Shown: piece by piece, positions 32,576 through 42,776 of the stretch
Layout: the number at the start of each line of letters is the position of its first letter
Numbering within the stretch: position 1 is the first letter of the stretch
Assembly (NCBI GenBank): GCA_009937065.1
Contig: JAACDF010000099.1
Span: 3,339-67,338, forward strand
DNA from: Gammaproteobacteria bacterium
GTDB lineage: Bacteria; Pseudomonadota; Gammaproteobacteria; Pseudomonadales; Halieaceae
Reading direction: 5' to 3'
Length of the DNA: 64,000 nt
Made by a program: the position numbers and the translations under genes
The notes under the pieces: generated by a model
Seen by the model: only the letters and a program-made list of their open reading frames with translations
What the model was told of the DNA's origin: nothing
The model's database searches: none

Positions 32576-34654
32576 ATGACTGAACCAAAAGGTGTTTTTT
32601 TCTCCATGTTCACCATGAAATCCTGCCTTGGCGCAATGATCCTGTCGATGAGCATGCTCACCGTTTCAGCTGAGCGAGCACCCGCACTAGACGCCATGGA
32701 TGTGTTTGAACTCGAATGGGCCTCTGATCCGCAAGTAGCCCCTGACGGCAAGTCGGTGGTTTATGTCCGCCGATCATTCGATGTCATGAGCGATACTGCC
32801 AAGGCCACCCTTTGGCAAGTTTCCATTGATGGCAGTGATCATCGACCGCTCAACAGCAATTTACACCGAAGCTCCTCGCCACGCTGGTCTCCCGAAGGAG
32901 ACAAGATCGCTTATGTCTCAAGCGAAAGCGGCTCCAGTCAGATTTATGTCCAGTGGATGGACACAGGTCAGATGTCCGTCGTATCTCACCTTCGGCAAAG
33001 TCCATCAGATCTGATCTGGTCTCCCGACGGCCGATGGTTGGCATTTACCATGTCGATTAAAAAATCGACCCCACCCATCGCCAAGCATCGAAAGGCGCCC
33101 GAGGGCGCGGTCTGGGCCAAGCCGCCGGTTACTGTCACCACCACGCGCTACCAATACGATGGCCGAGGCATTGTCGATCCGGCCTACCGCCATGTGTTCG
33201 TCATCCCCGCCGACGGAGGCGTAGCGCGACAGCTAACATCGGGGGACTTCAATCACTACGGACGACTCAGCTGGTCTGCCGACAGTGCATCCGTCTTTTT
33301 CTCTGCTGACCGCTCGGATGATTGGGAGCTTCGCAGTGATGAAGCAGATATCTATTCGGTATCGCTCGCCAGTGGTGCGCTGACGCAAATCACAGACCTT
33401 CCGGGTGCCGAACGCTCGCCCATGGTCTCCCCGAATGGAAAGCTTCTGGCCATCAGCCATGAAGAGAGTAGACCTCTAGCCTTTACGCCCGACCGCATTG
33501 CCACAGTTGATCTATCGACCAACGACGTCCGCTTACTCACGGAGGCCGTCGACGGAGATGCGTCGAATATCCTGTGGCGAGCCGATGGTAAAGCGCTCTA
33601 CTTTGCCTTTGATGAACGCGGTGAGCGACATATCAAACAGGTGACCCTGAATAAGGCAATCTCTCCTGTAACAACGGGATTGGGCGGCACCAGCGTGGGT
33701 CGGCCCTATCTTTCCGGCGGGTTCCACACGGCCGGTGGTGTCATTGCCTACACGAAAGGAGGAGCCGATCGACCCGCGGACATCGCTGTCATGCAGCGGA
33801 AATCGCCCAACATCATCACGGCTCTCAACGATGATCTGCTCAACTACCGGTCCTTGGGTGAAGTTCATGAGATTGTCTACAACTCATCGTTCGACAGCCA
33901 GGAGATTCAAGGCTGGTACATCACACCGCCCGACTTTGATCCCTCAAAGCAATACCCTGTGATTCTTGAGATTCACGGAGGTCCTCACCTCGCCTACGGG
34001 CCCCATTTTTCAGTGGAACTTCAGTTGATGGCCGCTGCGGGTTACATCGTTTTTTACGATAACCACCGCGGAAGCCTGTCTTATGGAGAGGATTTCGCAC
34101 TGCTACTCCAGTACAAGTATTCGAGCGAGGAAGACTTTGCTGACCACATGTCAGGCATCGATGCACTGATAGAGAAAGGTATTGTGGACAGCGACAATTT
34201 ATTTATCACGGGCGGCAGCGCGGGCGGTATTGCCACCGCCTATGCTATTGGCCTGACAGACCGGTTTAATGCAGCGGTAGCGGCGAAGCCCGTCATTAAC
34301 TGGGTGAGTAAAACGCTGACCGCCGATTCGATGGTGGGTCAGATCTATCATCAGTTCCCCGGACCTCCATGGGAGCACCTAGACCATTACTGGAAGCGCT
34401 CGCCGCTATCGTTGGTAGGCAATGTCGTCACGCCCACCCTCCTACTAACAGGCGAAGAAGACCGGCGCACGCCGATGTCGGAAACCGAGCAGTTCTACCA
34501 GGCCTTACGATTGCGGGGCGTGGATTCGGCCATGGTTCGCCTGCCTGGTGCATCGCACGGCATTGCCAGCAGGCCGTCGAGGCTGATCACCAAGGTTGAT
34601 CATATCCTCGCTTGGTTCGAGCGCTATCGAAGCGACGAATCAAACAATGACTGA
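32576..34654 (+). CDS. S9 family serine peptidase with N-terminal beta-propeller
   Basis: TolB-like propeller repeats (SPRWSPEGDKIAY, IWSPDGRWLAF, MVSPNGKLLA) plus a hydrolase domain with ITGGSAGG (Ser), EEDRRTP (Asp) and GASHGI (His). The start is uncertain: 32576, 32606 or 32615. The track's 32441 start adds an unlikely 45 aa. Confidence 0.82.
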   Translation: MTEPKGVFFSMFTMKSCLGAMILSMSMLTVSAERAPALDAMDVFELEWASDPQVAPDGKSVVYVRRSFDVMSDTAKATLWQVSIDGSDHRPLNSNLHRSSSPRWSPEGDKIAYVSSESGSSQIYVQWMDTGQMSVVSHLRQSPSDLIWSPDGRWLAFTMSIKKSTPPIAKHRKAPEGAVWAKPPVTVTTTRYQYDGRGIVDPAYRHVFVIPADGGVARQLTSGDFNHYGRLSWSADSASVFFSADRSDDWELRSDEADIYSVSLASGALTQITDLPGAERSPMVSPNGKLLAISHEESRPLAFTPDRIATVDLSTNDVRLLTEAVDGDASNILWRADGKALYFAFDERGERHIKQVTLNKAISPVTTGLGGTSVGRPYLSGGFHTAGGVIAYTKGGADRPADIAVMQRKSPNIITALNDDLLNYRSLGEVHEIVYNSSFDSQEIQGWYITPPDFDPSKQYPVILEIHGGPHLAYGPHFSVELQLMAAAGYIVFYDNHRGSLSYGEDFALLLQYKYSSEEDFADHMSGIDALIEKGIVDSDNLFITGGSAGGIATAYAIGLTDRFNAAVAAKPVINWVSKTLTADSMVGQIYHQFPGPPWEHLDHYWKRSPLSLVGNVVTPTLLLTGEEDRRTPMSETEQFYQALRLRGVDSAMVRLPGASHGIASRPSRLITKVDHILAWFERYRSDESNND

Positions 34655-34852
34655 GCGGTATCTTAGTGACATGTCGCTTACGTTGCTCGCAACGTTTGGA
34701 AAGCTCAGGAAATCACGGAAATCAGAGACGATTGTGGCAGCCGAGGCTTGATGGTGCTTCCGGGCTATTTCGGCAGGACTTTCAGCCATCGCGGAGTTTA
34801 GCCCCATAACCAACAGCAACAGTGTGGTCATAATGTTGCGTGCAATCCTCAT
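34640..34852 (-). pseudogene. possible 5' remnant of a secreted M20-type peptidase gene (or a small secreted ORF)
   Basis: MRIARNIMTTLLLLVMGLNSAMA signal, then ...IVSDFRDFLSFPNVASN, which resembles the start of M20 dipeptidases. It stops after about 70 aa, and the 3' end overlaps the S9 peptidase stop region. Confidence 0.25.
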
Positions 34853-34883
34853 AGCGAGCGACTCCAATTAATCTCTATACCAA

Positions 34884-36215
34884 TCAGTTTAGTAATCGCG
34901 CAACATCACGCGACCTCGCAATCTCACCCTGATCAAAATAACTGTCGTGATTCTCTTCAATGCTCCGAAGATCATAGAGGTAATTGACCATGAGACCCGC
35001 CGATTGCTCTAGGCCCTTATCGCTGAGATCCGCAGCCCAATGAATCGCGTGAAGGCTTGCTCCGTTCCCCAAGTGAAAGCGCGCAACCGGATCTAGCGCG
35101 AGATGATTACGACGCTCCTTCAATAGATACTGTGCACAAGCCGCTAATAGATCGTTACGTCGCGCGTCTGCGGTCTTGGCCGTATCGGTCCTCGCCATCG
35201 ATCGCATCTCGTCGAGGTCTATACCCAACTCTTGTGCTGCAAGCCATCGACAAAAACCAGGGATTGGCGAGAGCGTTACATAGCGCTTCATGTTGGAATA
35301 ACGCTTACCAACCTCCTCAACCACCTGCTTAATCAAAAAGTTGCCAAATGAGACACCTGCTAACCCAGGGTGACAGTTGCTGATGGAATAGAACACAACG
35401 GTATCGGGGGTATTGCCAACATCGCTCTCTTTTGACTTATCAATCAACGGACCAATGGCATCAGGAACGCCTTCGGTTAGTGCCACCTCTACAAAAACCA
35501 ATGGGTCATCGGGCATCGCAGGGTGAAAGAATGCAAAACACATCCGGTTACCGCGCAGCCTGGCTCGTAGATCGTCCCAACCCTCAATAGCATGCACCGA
35601 TTCATACTGAATAATTCGCTCGAGAATCGATGCCGGCGTATTCCAGTCAATTACTCGTAACTCGAGAAATCCACGGTTAAACCACGAAATGAACTGATGC
35701 TTTAGATCGGTCTCCACCGCTTTGAGCTGGGGGAGATCGTCCAACGCCTGAATCATGGCCCCGCGCATTTTCACTAGCACAGGGGTAGCGTCAGGCGCCA
35801 TGTTCATGCGGCGAAATAGCTTGATTCGCGGCGCCTCAGCGGCACGGGACAGAGCCGATAGATTCGCCTCTGTTGGATTGCGCTTATAGCCATCTGCAGC
35901 AGCTAACACCGCGTCACTGTCGGCCGAAAAATCATCCGCCAAAGATTCAAAAAAAAGCAGCCGGTTGGCGTCATCCAATGCTTGATAGTCCGCGACAACT
36001 TCATAGGCCAAGGCCAGGCCAGATGCTTCGCCTCGGTGGTGGATGAGCTGCTTACTCTTTGCTAAAAGATCGCTGGAGGGAGCCTCGAGCGAATTTTGTC
36101 GCCGGCGGGCCAAAATATCGCGACCCGCACTGATTACTGAACTCAAAAGGCCCGACAAACCGCCAATGGACGACTCTTGTCTGTCACCGCCGCGATGTTC
36201 TACCTCACTTCTCAT
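34884..36215 (-). CDS. malonyl-CoA decarboxylase
   Basis: 443 aa. VVFYSISNCHPGLAGVSFGNFLIKQVVEEV, VTLSPIPGF and MVNYLYDL are characteristic MCD-family blocks. Confidence 0.88.
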   Translation of the reverse strand: MRSEVEHRGGDRQESSIGGLSGLLSSVISAGRDILARRRQNSLEAPSSDLLAKSKQLIHHRGEASGLALAYEVVADYQALDDANRLLFFESLADDFSADSDAVLAAADGYKRNPTEANLSALSRAAEAPRIKLFRRMNMAPDATPVLVKMRGAMIQALDDLPQLKAVETDLKHQFISWFNRGFLELRVIDWNTPASILERIIQYESVHAIEGWDDLRARLRGNRMCFAFFHPAMPDDPLVFVEVALTEGVPDAIGPLIDKSKESDVGNTPDTVVFYSISNCHPGLAGVSFGNFLIKQVVEEVGKRYSNMKRYVTLSPIPGFCRWLAAQELGIDLDEMRSMARTDTAKTADARRNDLLAACAQYLLKERRNHLALDPVARFHLGNGASLHAIHWAADLSDKGLEQSAGLMVNYLYDLRSIEENHDSYFDQGEIARSRDVARLLN

Positions 36216-36448
36216 GGTTCATCACTCCAGCAAACCTGATTTCACTATACGCCCTTTGGAATTAACACAGCAATGTGACGATAAAGGGACCAAAACCTAC
36301 ACAAACAAGGTTTCCCTCCCTCAAAAAAGAGCGGCGTTATTGTTGTAATAACGTGTTTGAAGTTCGAAAACACCCGCCTAAAAAAATGGCGCTTCCCGAA
36401 ATAACAACTAGGCTAGAGAGCACAACAACATAACCAAGAGGAAACACC

Positions 36449-36868
36449 ATGAAGCAACTAATAATCGGCATGATCGCAAGCCTGCTTTCAGTTGGCGCTC
36501 TTGCTGACCCGCTTGCACTTGAAAAACGTCAGCCAGATACCGCGATGAATGTCACCTCGCTCGAACTGGGCGACGATGAATCCGTCATCAATGCCGAGGG
36601 CGATATGGGTGTTTATGGGCGTGTCTACGTCACATTCCGTTTGGCCTACGATGAGGGTAGACGGAGCGGCACGGTTTACGGCTCGGGACGGGGAGCGATG
36701 GGCAACGATATTGCCGTTGGGAATTTCTCCGGCCGTTGGGAAGTTATTGATGGGACGGTAACGATGCGCCATGTCGTGGCACTGAATGACGGCACGTTTA
36801 ACCTCGATATCGTTACCTTTCGGCCCGTCGATAGGGAGCTCATCATTAAGGCGTATGTTCTGAAATAG
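36449..36868 (+). CDS. hypothetical secreted protein
   Basis: 139 aa. Signal MKQLIIGMIASLLSVGALA. AAGAGGAAA SD. No family recognised. Confidence 0.55.
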   Translation: MKQLIIGMIASLLSVGALADPLALEKRQPDTAMNVTSLELGDDESVINAEGDMGVYGRVYVTFRLAYDEGRRSGTVYGSGRGAMGNDIAVGNFSGRWEVIDGTVTMRHVVALNDGTFNLDIVTFRPVDRELIIKAYVLK

Positions 36869-36919
36869 GCGTCTCTTCGAGCAATAACTCAGTAATCAAT
36901 CGATACGGGGTAACACACT

Positions 36920-37387
36920 ATGCACACTATAAAACTGACTGTTTTAATTGCGTTAACAATGCTCGCTGGTATGGCACAAGCAGATACACAGGCAGAGATA
37001 CGCGATGTGGTAAAAGCCAATATCGCACACACCAATCAGACAATGACTCAAGACCCATCACGAATTTCCAAAGAGGGGTCCAAAGAATTTTTCTCGAGTG
37101 GCGGCCTGCTAAACACACTCCAGAGAAATAGCGATACGTCCGACTTTGAATATTTTTCAGGGTCTGTGAAACACATCGAAGTTGTCGTGTTGGTAGAAGG
37201 ACAAGCGGCAGTTGCTCACTACTACCAAGAAGCAACCATGAAGCCCAAGGGCCTGCCGGCAGTACCTAACTACCGCACACGTGTCACCCAGGCGTTTGTA
37301 AAAGAAGATGGGATGTGGCGCATCAAAGCCGCTCATTGGTCGCCTTTGCAGGGTGGGGCTGGTACGTCACAAACCGTTGTTAAGTAA
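36920..37387 (+). CDS. secreted NTF2-like (SnoaL/DUF4440-like) protein
   Basis: 155 aa. Signal ...ALTMLAGMAQA. The length and ...AFVKEDGMWRIKAAHWSPL C-terminal pattern fit a DUF4440/NTF2 cone fold. Confidence 0.55.
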   Translation: MHTIKLTVLIALTMLAGMAQADTQAEIRDVVKANIAHTNQTMTQDPSRISKEGSKEFFSSGGLLNTLQRNSDTSDFEYFSGSVKHIEVVVLVEGQAAVAHYYQEATMKPKGLPAVPNYRTRVTQAFVKEDGMWRIKAAHWSPLQGGAGTSQTVVK

Positions 37388-37401
37388 GGGGGGCTTTTCC
37401 A

Positions 37402-37905
37402 GTGAGGCTCCCGTTTAGTCAACTTTTCGTGTGCCTGCTACTGACCAATTTTTGGGCAGTAGTCGCGCACGCTGAGATTAGTGAAAGAGACACCATCACA
37501 ACGTTAGAAAGCTTTTTCTCTGCGTTATCTGTTGAAAACTATGGGAACGGTGATCTCGAAAAAATTGTTACTGACGACTTCGTTATTTTCGAGATGGGCC
37601 AACGCTTCACCCTGCCTGAGTTCAAGGAGTTTTTAGCCTCTGCCAACTATACAGATTGGGTCTCGACACGTTGGGTACTCTCAAATCACACCATCACGAG
37701 CGCGCAAGAGTCTTCGCATATTTTTTACCAGAATGACGGTGTGTTTATTTTCCCCAGCGCCGGTGACCCTGAGAAGCTATCAAAACAGCAAAACATGTGG
37801 CTTGAAAGCGCGCTGGTCGTAAAGGAAGGCGAAATTCTCAAATTGAAATTTCTACAATCTGAGAACGTCACGCGAGTAGAAACAGACCTTGATGATGTAG
37901 ATTAG
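37402..37905 (+). CDS. hypothetical secreted protein, possibly NTF2-like
   Basis: 167 aa with a GTG start 14 nt after the previous stop. Signal LFVCLLLTNFWAVVAHA. Confidence 0.5.
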   Translation: MRLPFSQLFVCLLLTNFWAVVAHAEISERDTITTLESFFSALSVENYGNGDLEKIVTDDFVIFEMGQRFTLPEFKEFLASANYTDWVSTRWVLSNHTITSAQESSHIFYQNDGVFIFPSAGDPEKLSKQQNMWLESALVVKEGEILKLKFLQSENVTRVETDLDDVD

Positions 37906-37931
37906 GGTCTACGGAATTTTCGGGCACGATT

Positions 37932-38876
37932 ATGTTGCGACTACTTATCACTGCATGCCTTCTTTGGCCGACTTTGGTAATGGCTAGCCCCTATAAAATA
38001 ACGGTCCTAGCAACAAATATTTCGGACTATGGTGGCCTAGGTGAGTGGAGCTTTTCTGCTGTTTTTGAGGGCGACGAGGAATCAGTTCTATTCGACACCG
38101 GATTCAAAAGCGACACCGTACTTCACAATGTATTACACCTAGGCGTCGATTTATCTCGCACCGAGAAAGTCGTGCTGAGTCATTTCCACAGCGATCACAC
38201 TGGTGGTTTGTTAGTACTCCGGGAACATTTTAGAGACAAGAATCCCAAAGCACTTAGCATCGTCTATGTCGCCCGTGGTTTTTTCGATCAGCGAAGAACA
38301 GGCAATGGCTCACTTGTAGGGCCAGGTGAATTTGAATCAGCTCAAGACTTTCGAGGTGCCTCAGAGGCTTTGGGCATCTCATTTGTCGAAATAGATTCAC
38401 CAACCGAGATTGCACCTAACTTATGGCTAACCGGTCCGGTACCGCGCTTAGTGGAGGCCTACAACGGCCCCGCAGGTCTTTTCATCGACGGACCGGATGG
38501 CCCAAGCGAAGACATTATTATTGATGATCAGTCTCTGGGTTACCTTACTGATCGGGGTTGGCTTATGACCTCAGGCTGTGGACACTCGGGACTGATCAAC
38601 ACAGGCAACGTTCTTCAATCGATTAAAAGAGAGCCGGTCTATTCGATTGTTGGCGGTTTTCACTTATGGCGAGCCAATCAAGTAACACTGGATAAGACGG
38701 CTGCTTGGCTGGAAAAGGCCGGTCTTGAGTTGATGATGGGCGGCCATTGCACCGGTATCGCAGCGGCAGAAACCATTGCGAGTGCGTTAAGGCTTCCCCG
38801 ATCCAACATCTCGCACGCAGCCGTCGGCTCAGTCATTACAAAAGACCTCAAATTTGTTCGCAGCTCAATTGAGTAA
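37932..38876 (+). CDS. MBL-fold metallo-hydrolase (exported)
   Basis: 314 aa. Signal LLITACLLWPTLVMA, HxHxDH motif LSHFHSDHTGG, and a later SGCGHSG. Confidence 0.85.
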   Translation: MLRLLITACLLWPTLVMASPYKITVLATNISDYGGLGEWSFSAVFEGDEESVLFDTGFKSDTVLHNVLHLGVDLSRTEKVVLSHFHSDHTGGLLVLREHFRDKNPKALSIVYVARGFFDQRRTGNGSLVGPGEFESAQDFRGASEALGISFVEIDSPTEIAPNLWLTGPVPRLVEAYNGPAGLFIDGPDGPSEDIIIDDQSLGYLTDRGWLMTSGCGHSGLINTGNVLQSIKREPVYSIVGGFHLWRANQVTLDKTAAWLEKAGLELMMGGHCTGIAAAETIASALRLPRSNISHAAVGSVITKDLKFVRSSIE

Positions 38877-38899
38877 GAGTGATGTCATTGAAGTGCATC

Positions 38900-39940
38900 T
38901 CAAAAATGCGCAAAAGGGGTAAGCGGCGAGCCAGTAGCTCCCTGAATGTGTAACGGGGAAGCTGTAAATAAAAACGAGTATCGACGCTCTTCCTTAGCTA
39001 CCTCAGCGAGCTCATCAAGTTGTAAATGATCAAAAATTGGCATGCCTAGAGCGTAGTTAGCCATGACATGTAAAGGATTGAAGACCGATTCAACCCCTCC
39101 GGGCACGACATCACTAATCGCATCGCAACCAATCGCCGCAACACCGCGCTCTTTTAACCAAGGACCCACCGTAGCATGGAGCCCTGCCGTAGACGCGAGT
39201 GGATTAAACTCATCCTCTCTCGCTGCTAAGACCCAGCGCCCGGTACGAACCAAAAGTACATCTCCTGATGACACCTTGACGCCCGTAGCTTTTTCCCACG
39301 CTTCCAAGTGTTGAATCGTAATAACGGTTCCCGGCTTCAATGCATCTATGCCATAGAGCGACGGTAAGTCAACGAGGATCCCTCGAGTAAATATGCCTTT
39401 CTTAGCTATGTGCTCAAGGCCAACATTTGAAAATCCCTGATCACTTGGCGTGAAAGGAAAGCCATTGTAAAGCTGTCCTTCCCAGCCAAAGTGTGACACC
39501 CCATCCATATGACTGTGCAGTGCACCGTGGTAGTTGATAGTAAATATGTCACCTGCTGCCACCTCAGGACTATCAGGGCCAGCGAGGGGTGGGAATACAA
39601 AGGTTTCATGAGCCAACGGCACCACAAATTCTCCTGTTGCAGTTTTACTAATGGGGTTGGCAAGACTAATAGCACGGCCAACTCGCACCTCCGCTGCAGC
39701 AGCGATTCGCTTTTCTGGTGTAATTAAGTTTATAGCACCCGTCTGATCATTGACGCCGAACTCACCCCAGCGTCTCGTGTTTTTCAGCAGTTCATCAAAT
39801 TCATCAAGGGACAACTCAGTTTTAAGTCCTCCCAACGCTGGTAAGGGCTGCTCCTGTGCCTGAGAAGCGTTGAGTGCGACAAAGCCTAAGACAAAGGCCA
39901 TTAAAATAAAAAGTGTTTTTCTAAACTTCAGTTGCTGCAT
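38900..39940 (-). CDS. cyclase family protein (kynurenine formamidase-like fold), exported
   Basis: NYHGALHSHMDGVSHF metal motif of the putative cyclase family. I chose the ATG at 39940 (GAGGG SD 7 nt upstream), giving signal MQQLKFRKTLFILMAFVLGFVALNASQA. The track start at 39961 lacks an SD. Confidence 0.78.
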   Translation of the reverse strand: MQQLKFRKTLFILMAFVLGFVALNASQAQEQPLPALGGLKTELSLDEFDELLKNTRRWGEFGVNDQTGAINLITPEKRIAAAAEVRVGRAISLANPISKTATGEFVVPLAHETFVFPPLAGPDSPEVAAGDIFTINYHGALHSHMDGVSHFGWEGQLYNGFPFTPSDQGFSNVGLEHIAKKGIFTRGILVDLPSLYGIDALKPGTVITIQHLEAWEKATGVKVSSGDVLLVRTGRWVLAAREDEFNPLASTAGLHATVGPWLKERGVAAIGCDAISDVVPGGVESVFNPLHVMANYALGMPIFDHLQLDELAEVAKEERRYSFLFTASPLHIQGATGSPLTPFAHF

Positions 39941-40115
39941 ATCTAAACCCTCAACATTCATGACTAAGTCTAGCTACTTATTTACCGACTTCCAGACAAG
40001 ATCATATAGAGCCAAACGCTCGGGACAACATTTCTATCTGCAGCCTCGCGCAAAAAGACTGCTAACTGCATTTAAAGTGGAAGTTCTGCACTCATGTCCT
40101 AGTCTTTCTTAATTC

Positions 40116-40676
40116 ATGATTAAAAATACGAAAACATTTATTTCTCTTGTAGCCATTGCAATAACTTATTTGTCGTCAGTGTCCGTCGCTCAGGAGCAAG
40201 GCAGTATCGGGGTCGTTGAAATGCCGGCAGTCAATAATAGTGCTGCATTCAAAGAGGTTAAAAAGCGGCTTGGTCGCTGGGAGGGCATGATGCGGCAATC
40301 AATCTCAGATCGAGACATACCGGTATCCTACGAGCTAAAGCTTACCTCTGGGGGGAATACGATTGTCGAGACTCTGGTGGAAGACGGCATTGAAATGCTG
40401 TCTACCTACACCGACAAGGGTGGCGAGTTGGTGGTTACCCATTACTGCTCTTTAGGAACTGAGCCCATTTTTAAAGTGGCAGAAATGTCGGATGGTGCAC
40501 TCACTGTTCGACTCGACGAAAAGGCCAACAGTTTCCATGCCGGTCACGACAGTTATGTGACCGAAATGAAGTGGGTTTTTGACGCCGACGACCCTAACGT
40601 CTTGGTAAATACAGGGAAAATACACATGGAAGGTGAGGTCGTGGAAAACTACGCCAAACTTACTCGAGTCAATTAG
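40116..40676 (+). CDS. hypothetical secreted protein
   Basis: 186 aa. Signal FISLVAIAITYLSSVSVAQ. A THYCSLGTEP segment is present. Followed by a strong terminator. Confidence 0.55.
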   Translation: MIKNTKTFISLVAIAITYLSSVSVAQEQGSIGVVEMPAVNNSAAFKEVKKRLGRWEGMMRQSISDRDIPVSYELKLTSGGNTIVETLVEDGIEMLSTYTDKGGELVVTHYCSLGTEPIFKVAEMSDGALTVRLDEKANSFHAGHDSYVTEMKWVFDADDPNVLVNTGKIHMEGEVVENYAKLTRVN

Positions 40677-40695
40677 TACGCTACCATCGTTGGAC

Positions 40696-40724
40696 AAAAG
40701 CCCGCCTCTTGCGGGCTTTTTTTA
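40696..40724 (+). terminator. rho-independent terminator
   Basis: AAAGCCCGC-CTCTT-GCGGGCTTT stem-loop followed by a T7 run, 20 nt after the stop at 40676. Confidence 0.75.
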
Positions 40725-40812
40725 TTCCATGTTATCGATGAAGTTGCTGAGCAATTGACAAAGATCGTCACCCCGAGCAATTTTAAAGCGTGGCACCAAG
40801 AGGAGTATTCCA

Positions 40813-41523
40813 GTGACAGATGTACCTAAAGCCAGACCCGCCAGCACCGTTGTCCTGTTACGTGACAGTGACAGTGGAATGGAAACACTCATGCTCAAAC
40901 GCAATAAGGCGCTAATGTTCGCGGGTGGTTTGTGGGTCTTTCCCGGCGGTGCATTGGAGGAAGCAGATCTTGAGTCGGCTAGTGGCGATATTGCTTTGGC
41001 GGCGCGAATTGCCGCGGCGCGAGAGGCCGAGGAAGAGTGTGGCCTTCGGCCCGACACCGAAAACATGGTGCATCTCAGCCACTGGACGACACCTGTTGTC
41101 GAGCCTAAGCGATTCGAGACCTGGATTTACGCGGCGCCCCTCGCCGAGGATGCAGACGTTGCCATTGACGGTAGCGAGATTCATGGCTTTACGTGGATTC
41201 GCGTTAAAGATGCGGTGGCGCAACATGAAGCGGGTGAGTTCGGCATGCTGCCACCCACCTACATTACACTCTTGAGTCTGTCGCGCTATGCAACAACCGT
41301 AGAAATGACTGCTAGTGAAAATGAAATTCCTCCACCCTATGTGTTCCCGATCTTCACAAAGGCAGAGGGGAAAATGGCGGTTCTATTCCAAGGGGATGCG
41401 GGTTACGAAACGGGCGATGGGAGTGTTACGGGCCCGCGACACCGCGCGATTATGCAAGAGAAAGGGTGGGAGTACGTCTACCGCGACGTCGCCGAGAATT
41501 ACCCACCGTTTGTGCGCACCTAA
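40813..41523 (+). CDS. NUDIX hydrolase
   Basis: 236 aa with a GTG start and GGAG SD at -7. Nudix box GGLWVFPGGALEEADLES...AAREAEEECGL. Confidence 0.85.
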   Translation: MTDVPKARPASTVVLLRDSDSGMETLMLKRNKALMFAGGLWVFPGGALEEADLESASGDIALAARIAAAREAEEECGLRPDTENMVHLSHWTTPVVEPKRFETWIYAAPLAEDADVAIDGSEIHGFTWIRVKDAVAQHEAGEFGMLPPTYITLLSLSRYATTVEMTASENEIPPPYVFPIFTKAEGKMAVLFQGDAGYETGDGSVTGPRHRAIMQEKGWEYVYRDVAENYPPFVRT

Positions 41524-41753
41524 ATAATCAGGCGAGCTCAGAAGCAGTCAGCACTTTGGTGGCGTTTTACCAGGAAAGAAACTGAGCCGATTACCAAGAT
41601 TTTTATCCACCGAGCGTTTAGGATGCGTTGCAGCGAACAGTGCTGACTGTCTTGCTGTTCCAAACCCCAAAAGCCCTTAAAAATAAAGACGTAACAAGCG
41701 ACCAAAAGCCGGTTTCGCTCGTATCAGTAAGCGTCCAGGATTGACACGAAACT

Positions 41754-42728
41754 ATGAAGAACCCGGTAACCGATATCTGTGATCTCAACCGCGAACTGCC
41801 GCCCGATGCACCCGATGCGCCAAAGTGGCTTGTCGATGCGTTGCAGGTGCCCCGCGAAGAGGGCTGGGTGACTTCAGACGGATGCAATGTTCACTACTTT
41901 CGCTGGGGCAATCCTGAGAATCCACCTCTCCTTTTGATGCATGGGTTTCTTGCACATGCACGTTGCATGGCCTTCATTGCGCCGTTTCTCGCTGAGCAAT
42001 ACCACGTTGTTGCCTACGACCTTTCCGGTATGGGCGACTCAGAGGCAAGATCATCCTACCCCGACGCTGTCCGTGCGCAGGAAGTGGTCGATGTAGCGCG
42101 AGAAACCGGTCTATTTGATCACACCATCAAGCCCATCGTGATCGCGCACAGCTATGGTGGACATGTTGGCCTCGCAGCAATGAATGATTTTCACGAGCTC
42201 TTCGGTGGGCTTGTTGTTTGCGATCTAATGGTGCTGAGACCCGAGCGACTTAAAGCCCACTTCTCGGGCGGACGCCCAATGCGATCGGATACGAGTCGCC
42301 CTAACCGAGTCTACCCAGAATATGAGGCGGCAAAATCGCGTTTCGTGCTCTCACCAAACCAACCTTGTGGCGAACCTTACCTATTCCATTACATGGCGTA
42401 TCACTCGCTAAAGCAGGTTGAGGGCGGATGGACCTGGAAGTTCTCGACTAGCGTCTTCGACAGTGATTTCTCGCTGAGAGATCGCATACTCAATCAAGTA
42501 GATGCTGTCGTCGCAGCGCCTGGCAGAAAAGCTTACGTGTATGGACAGGACAGCGCCTTATTTGATGACGACTCGGCCGATTATGTGCGTGAGAAAGGCG
42601 GTGAAACGATACCCTTTATAAGCATCCCTGGCGCACGGCATCACCTCATGCTCGATGAGCCCATTGCGTTTGTCAGCGTGCTTCGCTCCTTGGTTGCACA
42701 GTGGCATGCAGCAGATAAAGCGGCCTGA
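41754..42728 (+). CDS. alpha/beta hydrolase
   Basis: 324 aa. LLLMHGFLAHARCM...YDLSGMGDS oxyanion region and nucleophile elbow IAHSYGG. Confidence 0.85.
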   Translation: MKNPVTDICDLNRELPPDAPDAPKWLVDALQVPREEGWVTSDGCNVHYFRWGNPENPPLLLMHGFLAHARCMAFIAPFLAEQYHVVAYDLSGMGDSEARSSYPDAVRAQEVVDVARETGLFDHTIKPIVIAHSYGGHVGLAAMNDFHELFGGLVVCDLMVLRPERLKAHFSGGRPMRSDTSRPNRVYPEYEAAKSRFVLSPNQPCGEPYLFHYMAYHSLKQVEGGWTWKFSTSVFDSDFSLRDRILNQVDAVVAAPGRKAYVYGQDSALFDDDSADYVREKGGETIPFISIPGARHHLMLDEPIAFVSVLRSLVAQWHAADKAA

Positions 42729-42776
42729 GGCTTATGCGCGGCAATTGCATGCCTCCGATTCGATAGCGGCTTATTC

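Noticed and set aside
40722-41275. 114-aa (-) and 116-aa (+) ORFs overlapping the NUDIX gene
   Set aside because: They are alternative frames of the NUDIX gene. Only the 40813 frame contains the Nudix box.
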